From Guillardia theta CCMP2712 (taxonomy: Eukaryota > Protista > Cryptophyta): 64,000 nucleotides of DNA. Under the pieces are notes generated by a model. That model was not told the origin of the DNA, searched no databases, and was given only the letters and a program-made list of their open reading frames with translations. Below, piece by piece: positions 20,794 to 31,940 of this stretch. How positions within the stretch are numbered: position 1 is the first letter of the stretch; every line of letters begins with the position of its first letter. A program made the position numbers and the translations under genes. The DNA is taken from NCBI RefSeq assembly GCF_000315625.1, contig NW_005434660.1:531911-595910 (forward strand). Reading direction: 5' to 3'.

Positions 20794-23480
20794 ATGGCTT
20801 CGTTGCGACTGTTGGTTTGCATCGCGGTGGCGGTAAGAGAGGAGGAGGAGGAGGGCAAAGAGGACGGAAACGAGGCTAGAACAAAGCTGAAGATAGAACG
20901 AGGGCAGTTGGATATCATAGCATGCAGACATGGCAGGAAGGTGCGTGTAGGAAATGCATTGTTTTCATGTTTACAACGGAGAGAGCGGTCAAGGAGAATA
21001 CATAGAACATGGACATGAACATGTATAGGGAAGCAGATTTGCCCCTTCACTCATACCCACTATATTGATCAGTTCGTCTGTAAGCTGTCTTCCCAAATCA
21101 ACATGTTTGCAAGTCAATGGTCGACGTCGATAGTCATATATTTTGCAGAGCCAAGTGTCTTGCTTTCATTTACAGGCAAACCTTTACAGTCGTGTAAAGA
21201 TGAACTCTGAAAGGCGGTATGACCTGTGTGCCTTCCTGTCTCGCTCTGAACGAATGCACATCACAGTGATCCCATCGTGAATCGACACGTTCGCACACCT
21301 GAAGAGAGGTTGCAAATCCAAAAGTTTGAATGACATTCTCTTACCCACCGTTTCAAGAATACACGCCATGGGAAAGCCGATGGTAACTGGAATGCAAAGG
21401 TTTTCCCATCTGCAGGACTGCAGACTTGTTTGACACCTGCCAAAAGCACTGAAAAGGATACAAAAAGTGCAAATCAGAGATCATTCTTGTTGCAACGTAT
21501 GCTCCTGCGTGTTGAACAGGCTTTATGAGAATCACGTGCAGATACCAATGCTAAGGATCAGGTAACCGCAGCTTTAGAGAGTACAACAGCACAAGATATT
21601 GCAGATGTTGCAAACGGATGGGTTGAATCTCTCAATGTCTTGAATTAGACTGAACCGAGAGTACAGGTTAGAGAAATGCATCAAGACGGAAGAGTATTCT
21701 TTCGCAACATTGAGACGGGTAAATGAGATGTTAACATTGGTTCATGTCCTAACTTTTGCGATCAAGGTGCTGTATCGTACGAAGCTCCCCGCCAAACACA
21801 GAAACAACAGAAAACGAAGGATATAAAGGCATACAAAAAGAGTAATTGTCCTTGTGAATCAAGCCAATGGTCTCTTTGCAGGGACAGAATATCGACGATG
21901 CCAAAGAGACTATGATTCATGATATATACATGTATGACGATGATCAGCAAACTTCAAAACCGTATCTTCGTCTGTTTGTTTCAAGTCTACAACTGATTTG
22001 CTGCAGAGGGAGGATGTTGGAACTGGAAGATCACCTTTCAGAGGCAATCTGGAATTTTGATGAGCGTTGAAACTAGTTTGTTGTATTCTATAGAAATATC
22101 ACTTCATTTCCAGAAAGCTTGGAAAACGATAGAGGACCACGACTAGATGAACATCAGGAAATACTACCAGTGGTCAACATTGGTAGCGAGGAGCTCTCGG
22201 TGGATCCCTCAGAGGATTATTTCAGAAACAATATGATCGATGATGAAGCTAATTTTGCAATCCTTGAACATACTTCGGGAGAGCAGAGGTAGACCTTTTA
22301 TACTTGACCAAGGTCCTGACTGTGTTTTAGCATTGTCTCAAGCAACCTTTTTGAGAAGAAAAGGATTGATAACCAGGCACGACATTCTTCCTTGTAAAGA
22401 AAAGCCTGACCGAAACGTTTGAAACAGGGACCAGAAATGTTCGAATCCATTTACAATCACATGTACAAATTGAATCAATCATGCAAATCATCTGACCATA
22501 TTATTCCCTAGCGAAGAAGATGCGCATAACACAGAGAAGGCAACATGCTGCTTCTTTTTGTTCACGTGCATGCGCTGATCCCATTCGCCAAAACAGCACT
22601 CTTACAAGAAACTCAAAATGTGCATGGAATCCAATAGACCAATCCTTCGTAATGTGGTAAGTACACGACTCATGAGAACTTGGTACCTTCGATTCGTTCT
22701 ATGACGAAATACAATACAGCCAGTAGATCCTGTAGAACGTGAATTCTGCTACGTGGACGAGCACACTTGCATCGGTACAGGACGTGCGTACATATCTCTG
22801 TCTGATTTAGAACAAGGTTGTACAAACTGCGCCATGATAGCTCGAAGCACATTCTTTATGGAAGAAAGGTAGTCGTATTCCTTCGGATTGGATCAAAACT
22901 TGTGAATGAATGCCTGCAGCCATGGGAGGGCAAGAGTGTTTCTACAAGACGGGTGCTTCACAATCTGATCAATACAATCAAACTGATATACATGCAGGGA
23001 TTCTGCCTCAGCTGTGGAAGAGGCAATCAATAGGTTACCTTTCAAGACAAATATTTCTCTCTCCACCTTGCCTGACTTGAGCTCCAGCTGCCCCGTCGAC
23101 TGCATCCATCCCGTCACCTTCCAAGAGCTGCAGGTCTCCCTTCCCCCTTGGCTGCCTCGCTCAGTTGGTCTCTACAGGAGCTCGAAGACGAAGGCGACGA
23201 CGACACTATCAACAACAAGTCACGACTTGTGGTGAGGACGCTTCGTAGCTTGAGAGGATCTTGTGACGTGCACTGGGCAGGGCGGAGCCTATACTGCACA
23301 CGACAAAGGTAACGCCATCCTATGAGCCGCCATAGGGCTCGCCTGGTCAGACCTGCGCAGGTGGCACGCCATGGCTGAGGCTTCTAGCACGAAGGAAGGC
23401 GAGGGGAGAGGTGAGGTGAGGGGGGCGAGGGGAGGAGGAAGTGAATGTTGGTGCAGAGCAAGGGAATTCTTGGCTTTTGA
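20794..23480 (+). CDS. Signal-peptide protein with a C-terminal DnaJ-Fer-type [4Fe-4S] ferredoxin domain (many micro-exons)
   Basis: Spliced 3' exons give EFCYVDEHTCIG|CTNCAMIARSTFFMEE.|HGRARVFLQDG|DSASAVEEAINS|CPVDCIHPVTFQEL, the ferredoxin signature of CDJ3-5/DJC76-type proteins. N-terminus MASLRLLVCIAVA. Confidence 0.75.
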
Positions 23481-23600
23481 TGCAATCAGGATGGAGGGAG
23501 AGAGTCATGAGCGCGCTGAGCAAGGAGCACTCTGGTAGGACAAGGAGAGAAGACCATGTGAAAAATTCTATTTGGCTACACTGGTTTCGGATACAAAATG

Positions 23601-24941
23601 TTATGAGCATGGACTTTTTGTCTCTAGCTTTCGAACAATCACTTTCCGTGCCTTACCCTTTCCCTCTGACGCATGCAGCAACCCAAGTCGTTCTGCTTCG
23701 CCATGCACGAGCTTTCTCGCCTGAGATCCTTGAACGTCTTCCAACGTCAAACAACTTTGACTTGGATCGTCCTTGAAGGCAACGAGCTTCTGACGGATCT
23801 CGGCCAGCCCTGTGATCTTGCAATCATCGCAGGCCTTCATTTCAGTCCTGACGCTCGTGAAATTCTGGCTGGTCAACGGATCTTTGCTGAGTCGAAAGCT
23901 ATCGACGTCAACAGCCACAGACTGGGGCCAGGCAATCAGGATGTCGTTCTTGGGGGTCGCAGTGAGCGGCTCCATCTTGCATATCCGTCCATCGAATCTT
24001 GAGCCTGTGTTGGCACTGAGCTCACGAATGCCGTCCAGGCGATCTAGCTCGATCAAAAGCTTGGCAAACATGCGATGGATGGTGATAGATGTGAACTCAA
24101 CCTTACTGTAGTCCGCAGCCTTCGACAGTCGCACGAAGAGTGTGTGCTCGTTGTCTCCATCCTCACCATGCAGGCTGGCATATTCTCGCAACAGCTCTCT
24201 CATGCTCGACCCCTTGGCCTCGTCCCACACCGGCTGTTCCGACGGATCTCCAGGCATGCGCAGAGTTGCGAACGATGTTAGACCGATCTTCCCCACACAG
24301 CAAGAGCTAACAACCAGAGGCACCGAGTGCGTGAGGCACTTAGAAATGACCATGTCTGTCGCTGCTCCACAGGCATGAAGCGAGACCCCGACGTCGAAGG
24401 CCTCGTCGAACTCCATCACCTCGCCCTCCACCGTCCGGTAGTTGCTCAGACTCAGATCCTTGGCACGCTGCACCCCGAGTTCTAGGGCGCGAACATTCTT
24501 GTCGACACAAATGACCTCAACATCAGGAAACAGGAAAGCCAAGAGCAGACCGACATGCCCTCCCCCGCCACAGAAGTCCACCAGCTTAAGAGGATTCGAT
24601 TCCTTTCTCTCGCACAGCAGCAACGGCGCCACCGCCCTGAAGATGCTCATGAGCTGTTGTCTTTTTCGCAGCTTTCGACTCGCAGGTAGATGATACGCCG
24701 GGTCCACCAAAGAGGGGAGCCCGTCCCAGCTGCTCCCAACGAGGAACTTGCAGACTTTGCTGTTGGGACCGTACTTGAGCTTCAACTTCTCGTCGAGGTA
24801 CCGCACGTCAGGAAGCGCGTGATGGTTCATGGGCAGCCTGGAGCAGAGGAAGTCGACGAGTCGCTCTGACTTGGAGAACTCGAACATGGCCGCCTTGCTC
24901 GCCAAACTTCGCGACATGCACGAGCCTGCGGACGAGAGCAT
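23601..24941 (-). CDS. GSTCD-type class I methyltransferase with C-terminal R3H domain (intronless)
   Basis: RKRQQL, VDFCGGGGHVG, VGVSLHACGAATD, SSCCVG and TPKNDIL motifs; R3H QARKLVHGEAERLGLLHASEGKGKARKVIVRK. Confidence 0.88.
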   Translation of the reverse strand: MLSSAGSCMSRSLASKAAMFEFSKSERLVDFLCSRLPMNHHALPDVRYLDEKLKLKYGPNSKVCKFLVGSSWDGLPSLVDPAYHLPASRKLRKRQQLMSIFRAVAPLLLCERKESNPLKLVDFCGGGGHVGLLLAFLFPDVEVICVDKNVRALELGVQRAKDLSLSNYRTVEGEVMEFDEAFDVGVSLHACGAATDMVISKCLTHSVPLVVSSCCVGKIGLTSFATLRMPGDPSEQPVWDEAKGSSMRELLREYASLHGEDGDNEHTLFVRLSKAADYSKVEFTSITIHRMFAKLLIELDRLDGIRELSANTGSRFDGRICKMEPLTATPKNDILIAWPQSVAVDVDSFRLSKDPLTSQNFTSVRTEMKACDDCKITGLAEIRQKLVAFKDDPSQSCLTLEDVQGSQARKLVHGEAERLGLLHASEGKGKARKVIVRKLETKSPCS

Positions 24942-25265
24942 CTTTCCGATGTGCCAGGGTCCTCGTGTCAGCCCCGTGTTGTCAGTTCATAGGATTTCAA
25001 GTCCGCCTCAGATATCTTATAGTAAATATTGAGGAACATCAATCGTCCCTACCGGCAGAATTTCCTGCTGCCTCAAGCGAGTCACCTGACAATAGTTTCG
25101 GTAGGATTGACGACCCGCCTCAGCAAACGGGGCCGGGCGGCCGGCGAAGTAAAACGGTCGTAAACTTCAGGTGCGTTGTACGGCGAAGGGATCGTTATAT
25201 ATAAAATATCATAACAAGTGGTTGTTTTATATAATTTACGAGGAGAAGAAAGAGGAGCATCGGAG

Positions 25266-27442
25266 ATGGCAGGGCGAGCGGGAGGGCGCGAGCGGCGAGC
25301 GGTGCAGAGGATCCGATCGAGCGAACTCGTGGCGACGACGAGGAAGAGACAAGACTACGAGGACCAGCAGCAACACGCTGCTCCCTCCGAGGACAAGAGG
25401 CTCAAGAGCTCGGATTTGGCGAGCAGCGCAAGCATTGTTGCGAAGCGAGGAGGTGGAGCTCGGGGAAGAGGGAAGAAGGCGGAGGGTGGAGCGAATAGAA
25501 AGCAAGCTGTGTGCATGAACAATAACAAAGACCATCAAGAGGAACAGTTCTCGGAATCCGCATCCAAGCATTCAGACGATGATGACTTGGACTTGCCTCT
25601 TTCGAAGCGACGAAGAACCTCAGAGCGCGGCCAAGATGAAGAGATCAAGAAAGAGATCAAGAAAGATGAGAAAATAGATGTTGCTTTGGTCCGAAAGCAG
25701 CTGGCTTCCATGCTCGACAAATTGACGATTGAAGAAATAAGAGCTTTAACGTCAAAAGCTTGCCGCAGGTAACTCACAGAAGATCCTGGTGCAATGAAAC
25801 TGAATGCTTTATCTTCAAACCAGACAACTCGAGCAGCTGATGGAGCTAGAGGATGGAAGCTTGGAACGCATGAAGTCTCAGATCGATGAAGAGCTTCTGA
25901 AGGTTTATAACCAAAAGGAGCAAGCTGCCGTAGCAACGGTGAAGTTTTTGTCAGCCTGCTCATAATTATTCCCTCAACGATTTCGTGAGATGTTCTTTGC
26001 ACAGAGCGTGCACCATGGCAAGGATCATTCAGAAGGCGATCGGTCCACTCGCAAGGAAGGGAGGGGAAAGGTTTGTAGCTTCTTGCAAGCACGTTCTGCC
26101 GGGCCGGATGTTGACTCACGAAGGCAGGCAGAGAGAGGTGACAAACAGTCCAAAGAAAACCTTGAAGAGCGAGAAAACGACAAGAGCGCCACGAGCTCCA
26201 AGAGTAGAAGTGCAAAGACAAAGGAAGGACGAAAACCACAAACTGTTGACAAGGCTGACAAGGCTGAGAAGAAATCCATGGTGGACATGGTGGACCCAAA
26301 GCAGCAAGCGCTGATGAAGAAGAAAGACAAAGAGGAGTCAGCTGAAGATGCCAAATCGCGGCACAAGGAGCTCAAAGATACGAGGGAGAGCGAGAAAGGG
26401 AAGAAAATGACTTCATCGGACGTGAAGAGTGGGAGGAAGCCGAATGATGGGAAACCGAACCACCACGAGCCCACACAGGACCGAAAGCCAAGAGAGAAGG
26501 GGGGCAAACCAGATGATGAATTGAAGGAGGAAAAAGAGGCAAAGTCACAGGACAGAAGCGAGAGCAAGATAAGGGTCGACAAGAAAGGAGACATCGACGA
26601 AGAGGACGTGCCCCTGTCAACCTCCATTGACCCCACCAGTCAAAGTGTGCACGCGAGCTCCGATGAGGGCAAGGTAGCGAAGCAAGATCAGGAGGACGAC
26701 GATGCTGGAGCCGGTGCCAACTTGTTCACTAGAAGAGCAAGCTCAGGGGCCTCGCTTGCAGTCTCCCTCCCTCCTCTCATCCCCCCTTCCACCGATTCCT
26801 TCCGTTCTAACGATGCGAACCTCTTCGTCGCCTGCCCCATCAAGGACCTAGAGGAGCTGCAGAGCAGGGAGATCGAAAAATCGTCTGGGGGTGCCCAAGA
26901 AACTACCGCCAAGCCCTCGACGTTCGTCCCGTCGAAACCAGCGACTCTTCCTAGTATTCCAAAGAGGCACAAGGCCAACGCCCCCTCCCTGAGCAGTGGC
27001 GACGGGCCAGGCAAGACTGGGGACCTTGCTTCTGAGCTGGATCAGTACGCGTCCGCACGGTAGACACGAATGAAGATGGGACCAGGCTGTGATGGACTGG
27101 CTGCTTGCAGGCACTTCGGAGACATCCTCTGTCTGTGGAATGTTTTGTCGAAAGAACAGGTAGGTGTTGGAGATGAGGAGGGGAGGATGAGACTTGCTAC
27201 AGGTGGAGGAGTGCTGGAAGCTGAGCAGTGGGATGCCTGACAGGTTTTCTGAGCTTGTCATAGTTAAGCACGGAAAGGAGGTCAGGATCTTCATTGTCCT
27301 TAGCGATGCCTAAAGGTCTGCAGGGAGTCTCGAAGGAGATCGTCCAAAGAGCAATCAAACGATTCGAGGAGGCAAAGGGAGCACAAAGCAAGTCGAGCAG
27401 GGGAAGAGAAGCACAGAGATAGAGCGCTTTTCTCAATACTGA
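25266..27442 (+). CDS. Charged low-complexity nuclear protein with DEK-C-like domain
   Basis: VRKQLASMLDKLTIEEIRALTSKACR|RQLEQLMELEDGSLERMKSQIDEELLK, plus a long K/E/D-rich exon at 25990-27063. The 3' end is approximate. Confidence 0.65.
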
Positions 27443-27565
27443 CCGACAAGACTCAACAAGCTTCACAACTCAACATCAGGCTGATCTCTTCTGCTCCCCT
27501 TGCCTTGAAGCTTGCCTCGTCAAGTTCCATCAACCCTCCTCACACTGCTCTGCTTCTTGACATGT

Positions 27566-29175
27566 TCACGTATCGGCAACCACCGGCTTGATCATGAGGG
27601 CGCAGCTTGAACTTATTCCGCTCTCCTTGAGCTACAGCAAACTTCATCTCCTTAGCTGCATCGCCAGCAGACTCACCGTCTTTTCTCTTTCCGAGAGCAG
27701 AAGCTTGGGGATAGTCGAGACGAGGACATAATCCAAGTCCGCAAGCTCCTTCAGCTGCTCCTGCAATGAGAGTCAATGAGCTGCGTGAGGAGGAGAAGGT
27801 TTTCGAACCTCTGCGTTGTCAGCCTGCTCTGCCTTCTTGTACCGCTCGACATCCACGTAGTCGAACATCACCCTGCAAGCTTGTCATACTAGGAAGAAGA
27901 GGAGAAAGGCAAACGAGGAGACAAACCCACCCGACTTGATCTTCCAGTGAAAACCTTCTTGTGAGCTGCGACAGATATTAGCACCATAGCATCTATAACC
28001 CACAACAGCTCCAATCATCCCCGGCCAGCCTCTGTTCTTGATCCCTTTCTCCACCGCCTCCTCTGTTCTTCTACACTGTCTCGTGTCTTCTTGTCTCCTA
28101 TTTCTCTCCCTCTTCCTCTTTCCCCACATTTCTCGCTCTCCCTGCCATTCCATTCCCTTTCTCGCCCCCGGCCTTTCTCTACTTCCTCCTGTAGAGAATG
28201 AGTCCAACCTGCTGGCCATCGGGACACCTGAAGCGAAGCTGCACGACACCAGCTCCCTGCTCGGGCTCTGTTGGGAGGCGCGACACTTTCTCCTCAAACG
28301 CTTTCTGTGCCAGGGAGTCAGCTGGGGCAGCCAATTTTCGGCTGTGGCACCTTGCTGGAGTCGAACAGCTTCGCCTTTGCCTCTGCGGCCTCTGCAGTCC
28401 AATGTTAAAAGGAGAAGGGAGGGGAGAGGCAGGAGGCAGGAGGCAGGAGGCAGGAGGCAGGAGGCAGGAGGCAGGAGGCAGCTTCTTTGTCGTCAAGCAA
28501 CACATCACAGTATGCTCACCCTAGCCGCCCTCTCTGCTGCTTCTGCTTCCTCCTTCCTCTTCTTCTGCTCATTCTGCTTCATCTGGAGCATGCTGTGTTA
28601 CCCACGAGCCTCAGCCACAATAGACGAGGATCACCGAGTCCTCCATGAGGGACTTCTGGAACTCCTCCTCCTGCTCCTGCCGTATGCGGTTCCATTCCAT
28701 CCGCTCCTTCTCCGCCGCCTGCTCGGAACTGATCCTCAGGGTCGGCAAGGAAGGAAGCAACTTGCCGTCAGCTCTTTCTCCTTTTCTGGCACCTTGACCA
28801 AGTCCTGCAAGAGTGGGACGTACTCGGAGAAAGGAGCGCCGATGGCAACGTACGCCGCAAGGACCAGGGCTAGAAACCATTCGAGTTGATTTGCATGATC
28901 CGACCTGCTCTCATGTCAAAGGGGGTAAAAGGAAGGAAAGGAGCTCACGGGTTGAGGGATCGGTTGTTCTTGAGACGTGTGATCAACGTGTCCTTCTCTA
29001 CCTCTTCCTCCCCTCCTCGAAGTCGCAGGCTCGTAACGCCAGGGCATCGAGGTCGTTGGTGAAACTTCAAAGGCGCTGCACGAAACTTTGCCACCTCTAC
29101 TTGCAGGCCGACGGTACACGGGAGGGTCGCTAGCAAGCCCGCAATAGCTAAACTCACTTTGCCATGCGCAATCAT
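27566..29175 (-). CDS. UBX-domain protein with signal peptide and LRLRGG-containing presequence
   Basis: Coiled coil RIRQEQEEEFQKSLMED; UBX LPTEPEQGAGVVQLRFRCPDGQQ...RRFSLEDQV..VMFDYVD...LVSTIPK...T|LKESGISSSCALMI; N-terminus MIAHGKVSLAIAGLLATLPCTVG. Confidence 0.8.
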
Positions 29176-29463
29176 CGCCTCTGATCCCCTCGCCTCCTCG
29201 CCTCCAAGATGTTTCTTACGTCTACGCGCAACAGATGTGCTCGAGAGGATGTCCACTTGTCCTCTGCTCCTACTCACCGATGATCTCCTATCTGCCCTCT
29301 TGCATGCACCTTCCTGCTCTCCTCTCGTTCTTGCTCTCCTTCTTCCTCTCCCTCTCCCGCTCCCTCCAGGTGATCGTACGATCACTCCACTATTGCGAGT
29401 TTTTCGGCCTCCGTACCACATCCCCGCACACTCCCCATGGGCATGAGGAGGGAAGAGGTCTAT

Positions 29464-31428
29464 AGCTGAAGGACAGCAACATACATCTACACCCTCACCT
29501 TTACGCTCATGTGACGGACGTGAAGGCAGCACTCCTCCCCGACATGCCCATCGCCGATGCGGACAAGAGGAGGAGGCTGCAGCGGGAGCTCAAGAGCAAG
29601 CAGCGGAGCGAGCAGAAGCTCCTGATGAGCAAGCTCGACCTCATGGTACCCCCATCCTCCCCCGCCATCGAGCCCGCGAACCACCAAAAGCAGCGCCCCG
29701 CCCTCAACCTCCTCCATGACCTCGTCGCCTACTTGCGCTCCTGCGACGAAAGGCAGCGAGCGCAGGAACAAAAGCGAGCGATCTACACCGATATGATGAG
29801 CTGCATGCTGCTGAGTCGACAGGAGAGGATCATTCTCGCTGACATACCCAGCTGGACAATACGGGACGTGAGCGGAGCGGTACATGGCGATTACGAGGGT
29901 TCGTGCTTCGGGGGGAGGCTGGTAAGCTTGCATGGAGAGGGGGGAGGGAGGCGGGGTGAATGAGTCGATCGTAGGTAGGGCAGTGCATGCTCCATCTTGT
30001 GAGCATGCAGGACATGGACGCGCTCAGAGGCATCGCTCGACAGGCTTGGGATGTGACGTGCCCGCCTGAGTTCCAGGTGGACGAGGTTGTGAGCATGCGG
30101 CTGCTGGAGGGAGGGAGGATGAGGATGGAGCGCTTCCGGCTACTAGGGGTGGTGAGGAAGGACGTCTGCATGTCCATCATCTATCCGGAGCCTCTGGGGC
30201 CCGACAGCGCCGAGATCGAGCTGAAGCATTTGGACTTCCGCAGACTGGGAGGGGTCGCGACGTTTGATCAAGAGAGCCCCTCTTCTCCTTTGCTTGCCGA
30301 CCGAGCGATGAAGCTAGTGTCGGGGAGGTTGTTGCTGATGATGATGATGATGCTCGTGTGGAGACACTGAGATGACTTGCTACAGCTCCCATGGGATGAT
30401 GTCGGAATTCGTCGGCAGGATGGGCACTTGCGACACGTCGAGAGGGCTGATGGAGAAGATGGCGGCGAAGTCGAACTCGACGTTTGGTAGAGACATGTGA
30501 TGTGTGAGTGAGAGACGACGATCGCTAACAGTCTTGTTTATTATCTGTCACTGCAGAGGGCATGACGAAGCAGCTGTTTTCAATCGTCACAAGCCACCAC
30601 GAGGGCCATCTTTTGCTTGATTTTGACAGTGAGGCCGCACATTGCCCTGTGAGATTGCTTGGGCATGCACGTTTCCGCCTTCCTCAGGTCTTTGCACTCA
30701 TCGTCTTTGTCGTCATCTTCTTCTCACTCCTCTTCTTCACTTGTGCCGGATGCGCCAGTTCCTGGGAGGCTTCAAGACCCGCTGGATTCAAGTCATGAAG
30801 GCAACCTTTGATGGCTCAGAGATCAAAGAGCTCAGCGGTACGCGTGGAAGCGAGGAGGCGCTGGTCGCTGAGAAGAAAGTTGCAGACAGCAGGCAGCAGG
30901 TGGTCGGGTACGCGCACGGAGACAGGAGGACGATGGGGTGTCATGTGACGTTCCTTTATTTCTGGAGGCAGACAGGGTGAGGGGAGGGAGGTGAAATGAG
31001 GAAAGCAGCTTGACGGTGGTCGGGACAGGATATGCTTTCATACTCGTAACTTCATCATAAATCCTTTGGGGCTGGAACATAGTGGTCAGGTGACAGAACT
31101 AACTTTGTATAGTTTCAGTTGATTTGATTGGAAGTGTTGATACTGACGGACTTTGTTGAGCAGGTGCTGATATTTTGTTACTTGACGATAGCCTGCTGAT
31201 GAGGTTGTGTCTCATTGCCACTCTCTGGGACTATCCTGCCGCCGGTGTCTGCCTGGCATTGGAACCTGAAGGTCTTCTCAAACGCACTAGAGGTCAGTGA
31301 TGTGACTCGGAGTCCGAGTCGCGTTTCAGGCTCAGTGCCGCATATTAGCTTTTGGAGTCCGGGAACTCCTGAGTCACTGACTTGTTGGCAGGAGCCCTAC
31401 AGGTTTTTCTACGCCTTGAAGAGAACGG
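29464..31428. repeat. Right arm of the ~2-kb inverted repeat (partner 16160-18133)
   Basis: Mirrored ORFs: 29511..29963+ vs 17634..18077- and 29987..30370+ vs 17227..17610-. Confidence 0.95.
29544..31300 (+). CDS. bHLH-PAS-like protein, paralog B
   Basis: Same exon structure as paralog A. The last exon is divergent: GADILLLDDSLLMRLCLIATLWDYPAAGVCLALEPEGLLKRTRGQ*. Confidence 0.7.
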
Positions 31429-31519
31429 GAGAAGATGTTGATAGCAGTCTTGTAAGTGAATTTATGCTGAGTTGAGTGATTCGCAGTCTGCACTTCCGGG
31501 TAGTCTTCAACTTGCAAAA

Positions 31520-31845
31520 AGTTCGCCGCCTGGCGGCGGCCCACCGTTGCGCGCTGCGGCAGTGCCGCCACAACTTGCTAATGCCTGGGCTGTTCCCGGC
31601 GAACATCTTCCGAACTTCGGAAGTTCACCGTCAGTGTTCACAGAGTCAAGTTGCCGGGCCCGGGCCGCGGCGGGCCGCCCAGCCGGTCGGCCGGGGAAAG
31701 GGAAAGGAGGTGAGGGGGGGGGGGGGGGTTCACGGTTGCCGGCGTACGGCCGCGCGGTACGGCCCGGCCGGGGCCGGCCGGCCGGGCGGGACCGAGTCGT
31801 CGGCGCCGGGCGTGACCGACGGTTCCGGTCCGGCGGTGGAACGAG
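31520..31845. promoter_or_regulatory. CCGG-rich island
   Basis: Dense ccgg/ggcc, palindrome GAACTTCGGAAGTTC, and ttcacagagtcaagtt shared with 40874. Confidence 0.5.
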
Positions 31846-31940
31846 CTTTACTCAAAGTTAAGTTAAACATCAGTACGAGACTCAAAGTTAAGTTAAAGAT
31901 CAGTACGAGAGTCAAAGTTGAGCTAAAGATCAGTACGAGA
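31846..31940 (+). repeat. Dispersed 31-bp element, copy 2, expanded as 3 tandem 30-bp units
   Basis: ctcaaagttaagttaaa(c/g)atcagtacgaga x2 plus the degenerate gtcaaagttgagctaaagatcagtacgaga. Confidence 0.95.

Noticed and set aside
20029-23475. LTR retroelement bounded by direct repeats
   Set aside because: The repeats are exon/intron sequence of the ferredoxin gene, with no TG...CA ends and no gag/pol.
16160-31428. Large TIR transposon, Polinton or endogenous virus
   Set aside because: The arms are intron-containing genes whose identity decays outward. The interior holds ordinary host genes with no transposase, integrase, polB or capsid, and no TSD was seen.
31608-31626. Heat-shock element
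   Set aside because: GAA/TTC spacing is 1 nt, not the nGAAn pentamer periodicity.
31846-31940. CRISPR-like array of ~30-bp repeats
   Set aside because: Units are head-to-tail with no unique spacers, there are no cas genes, and the context is eukaryotic.
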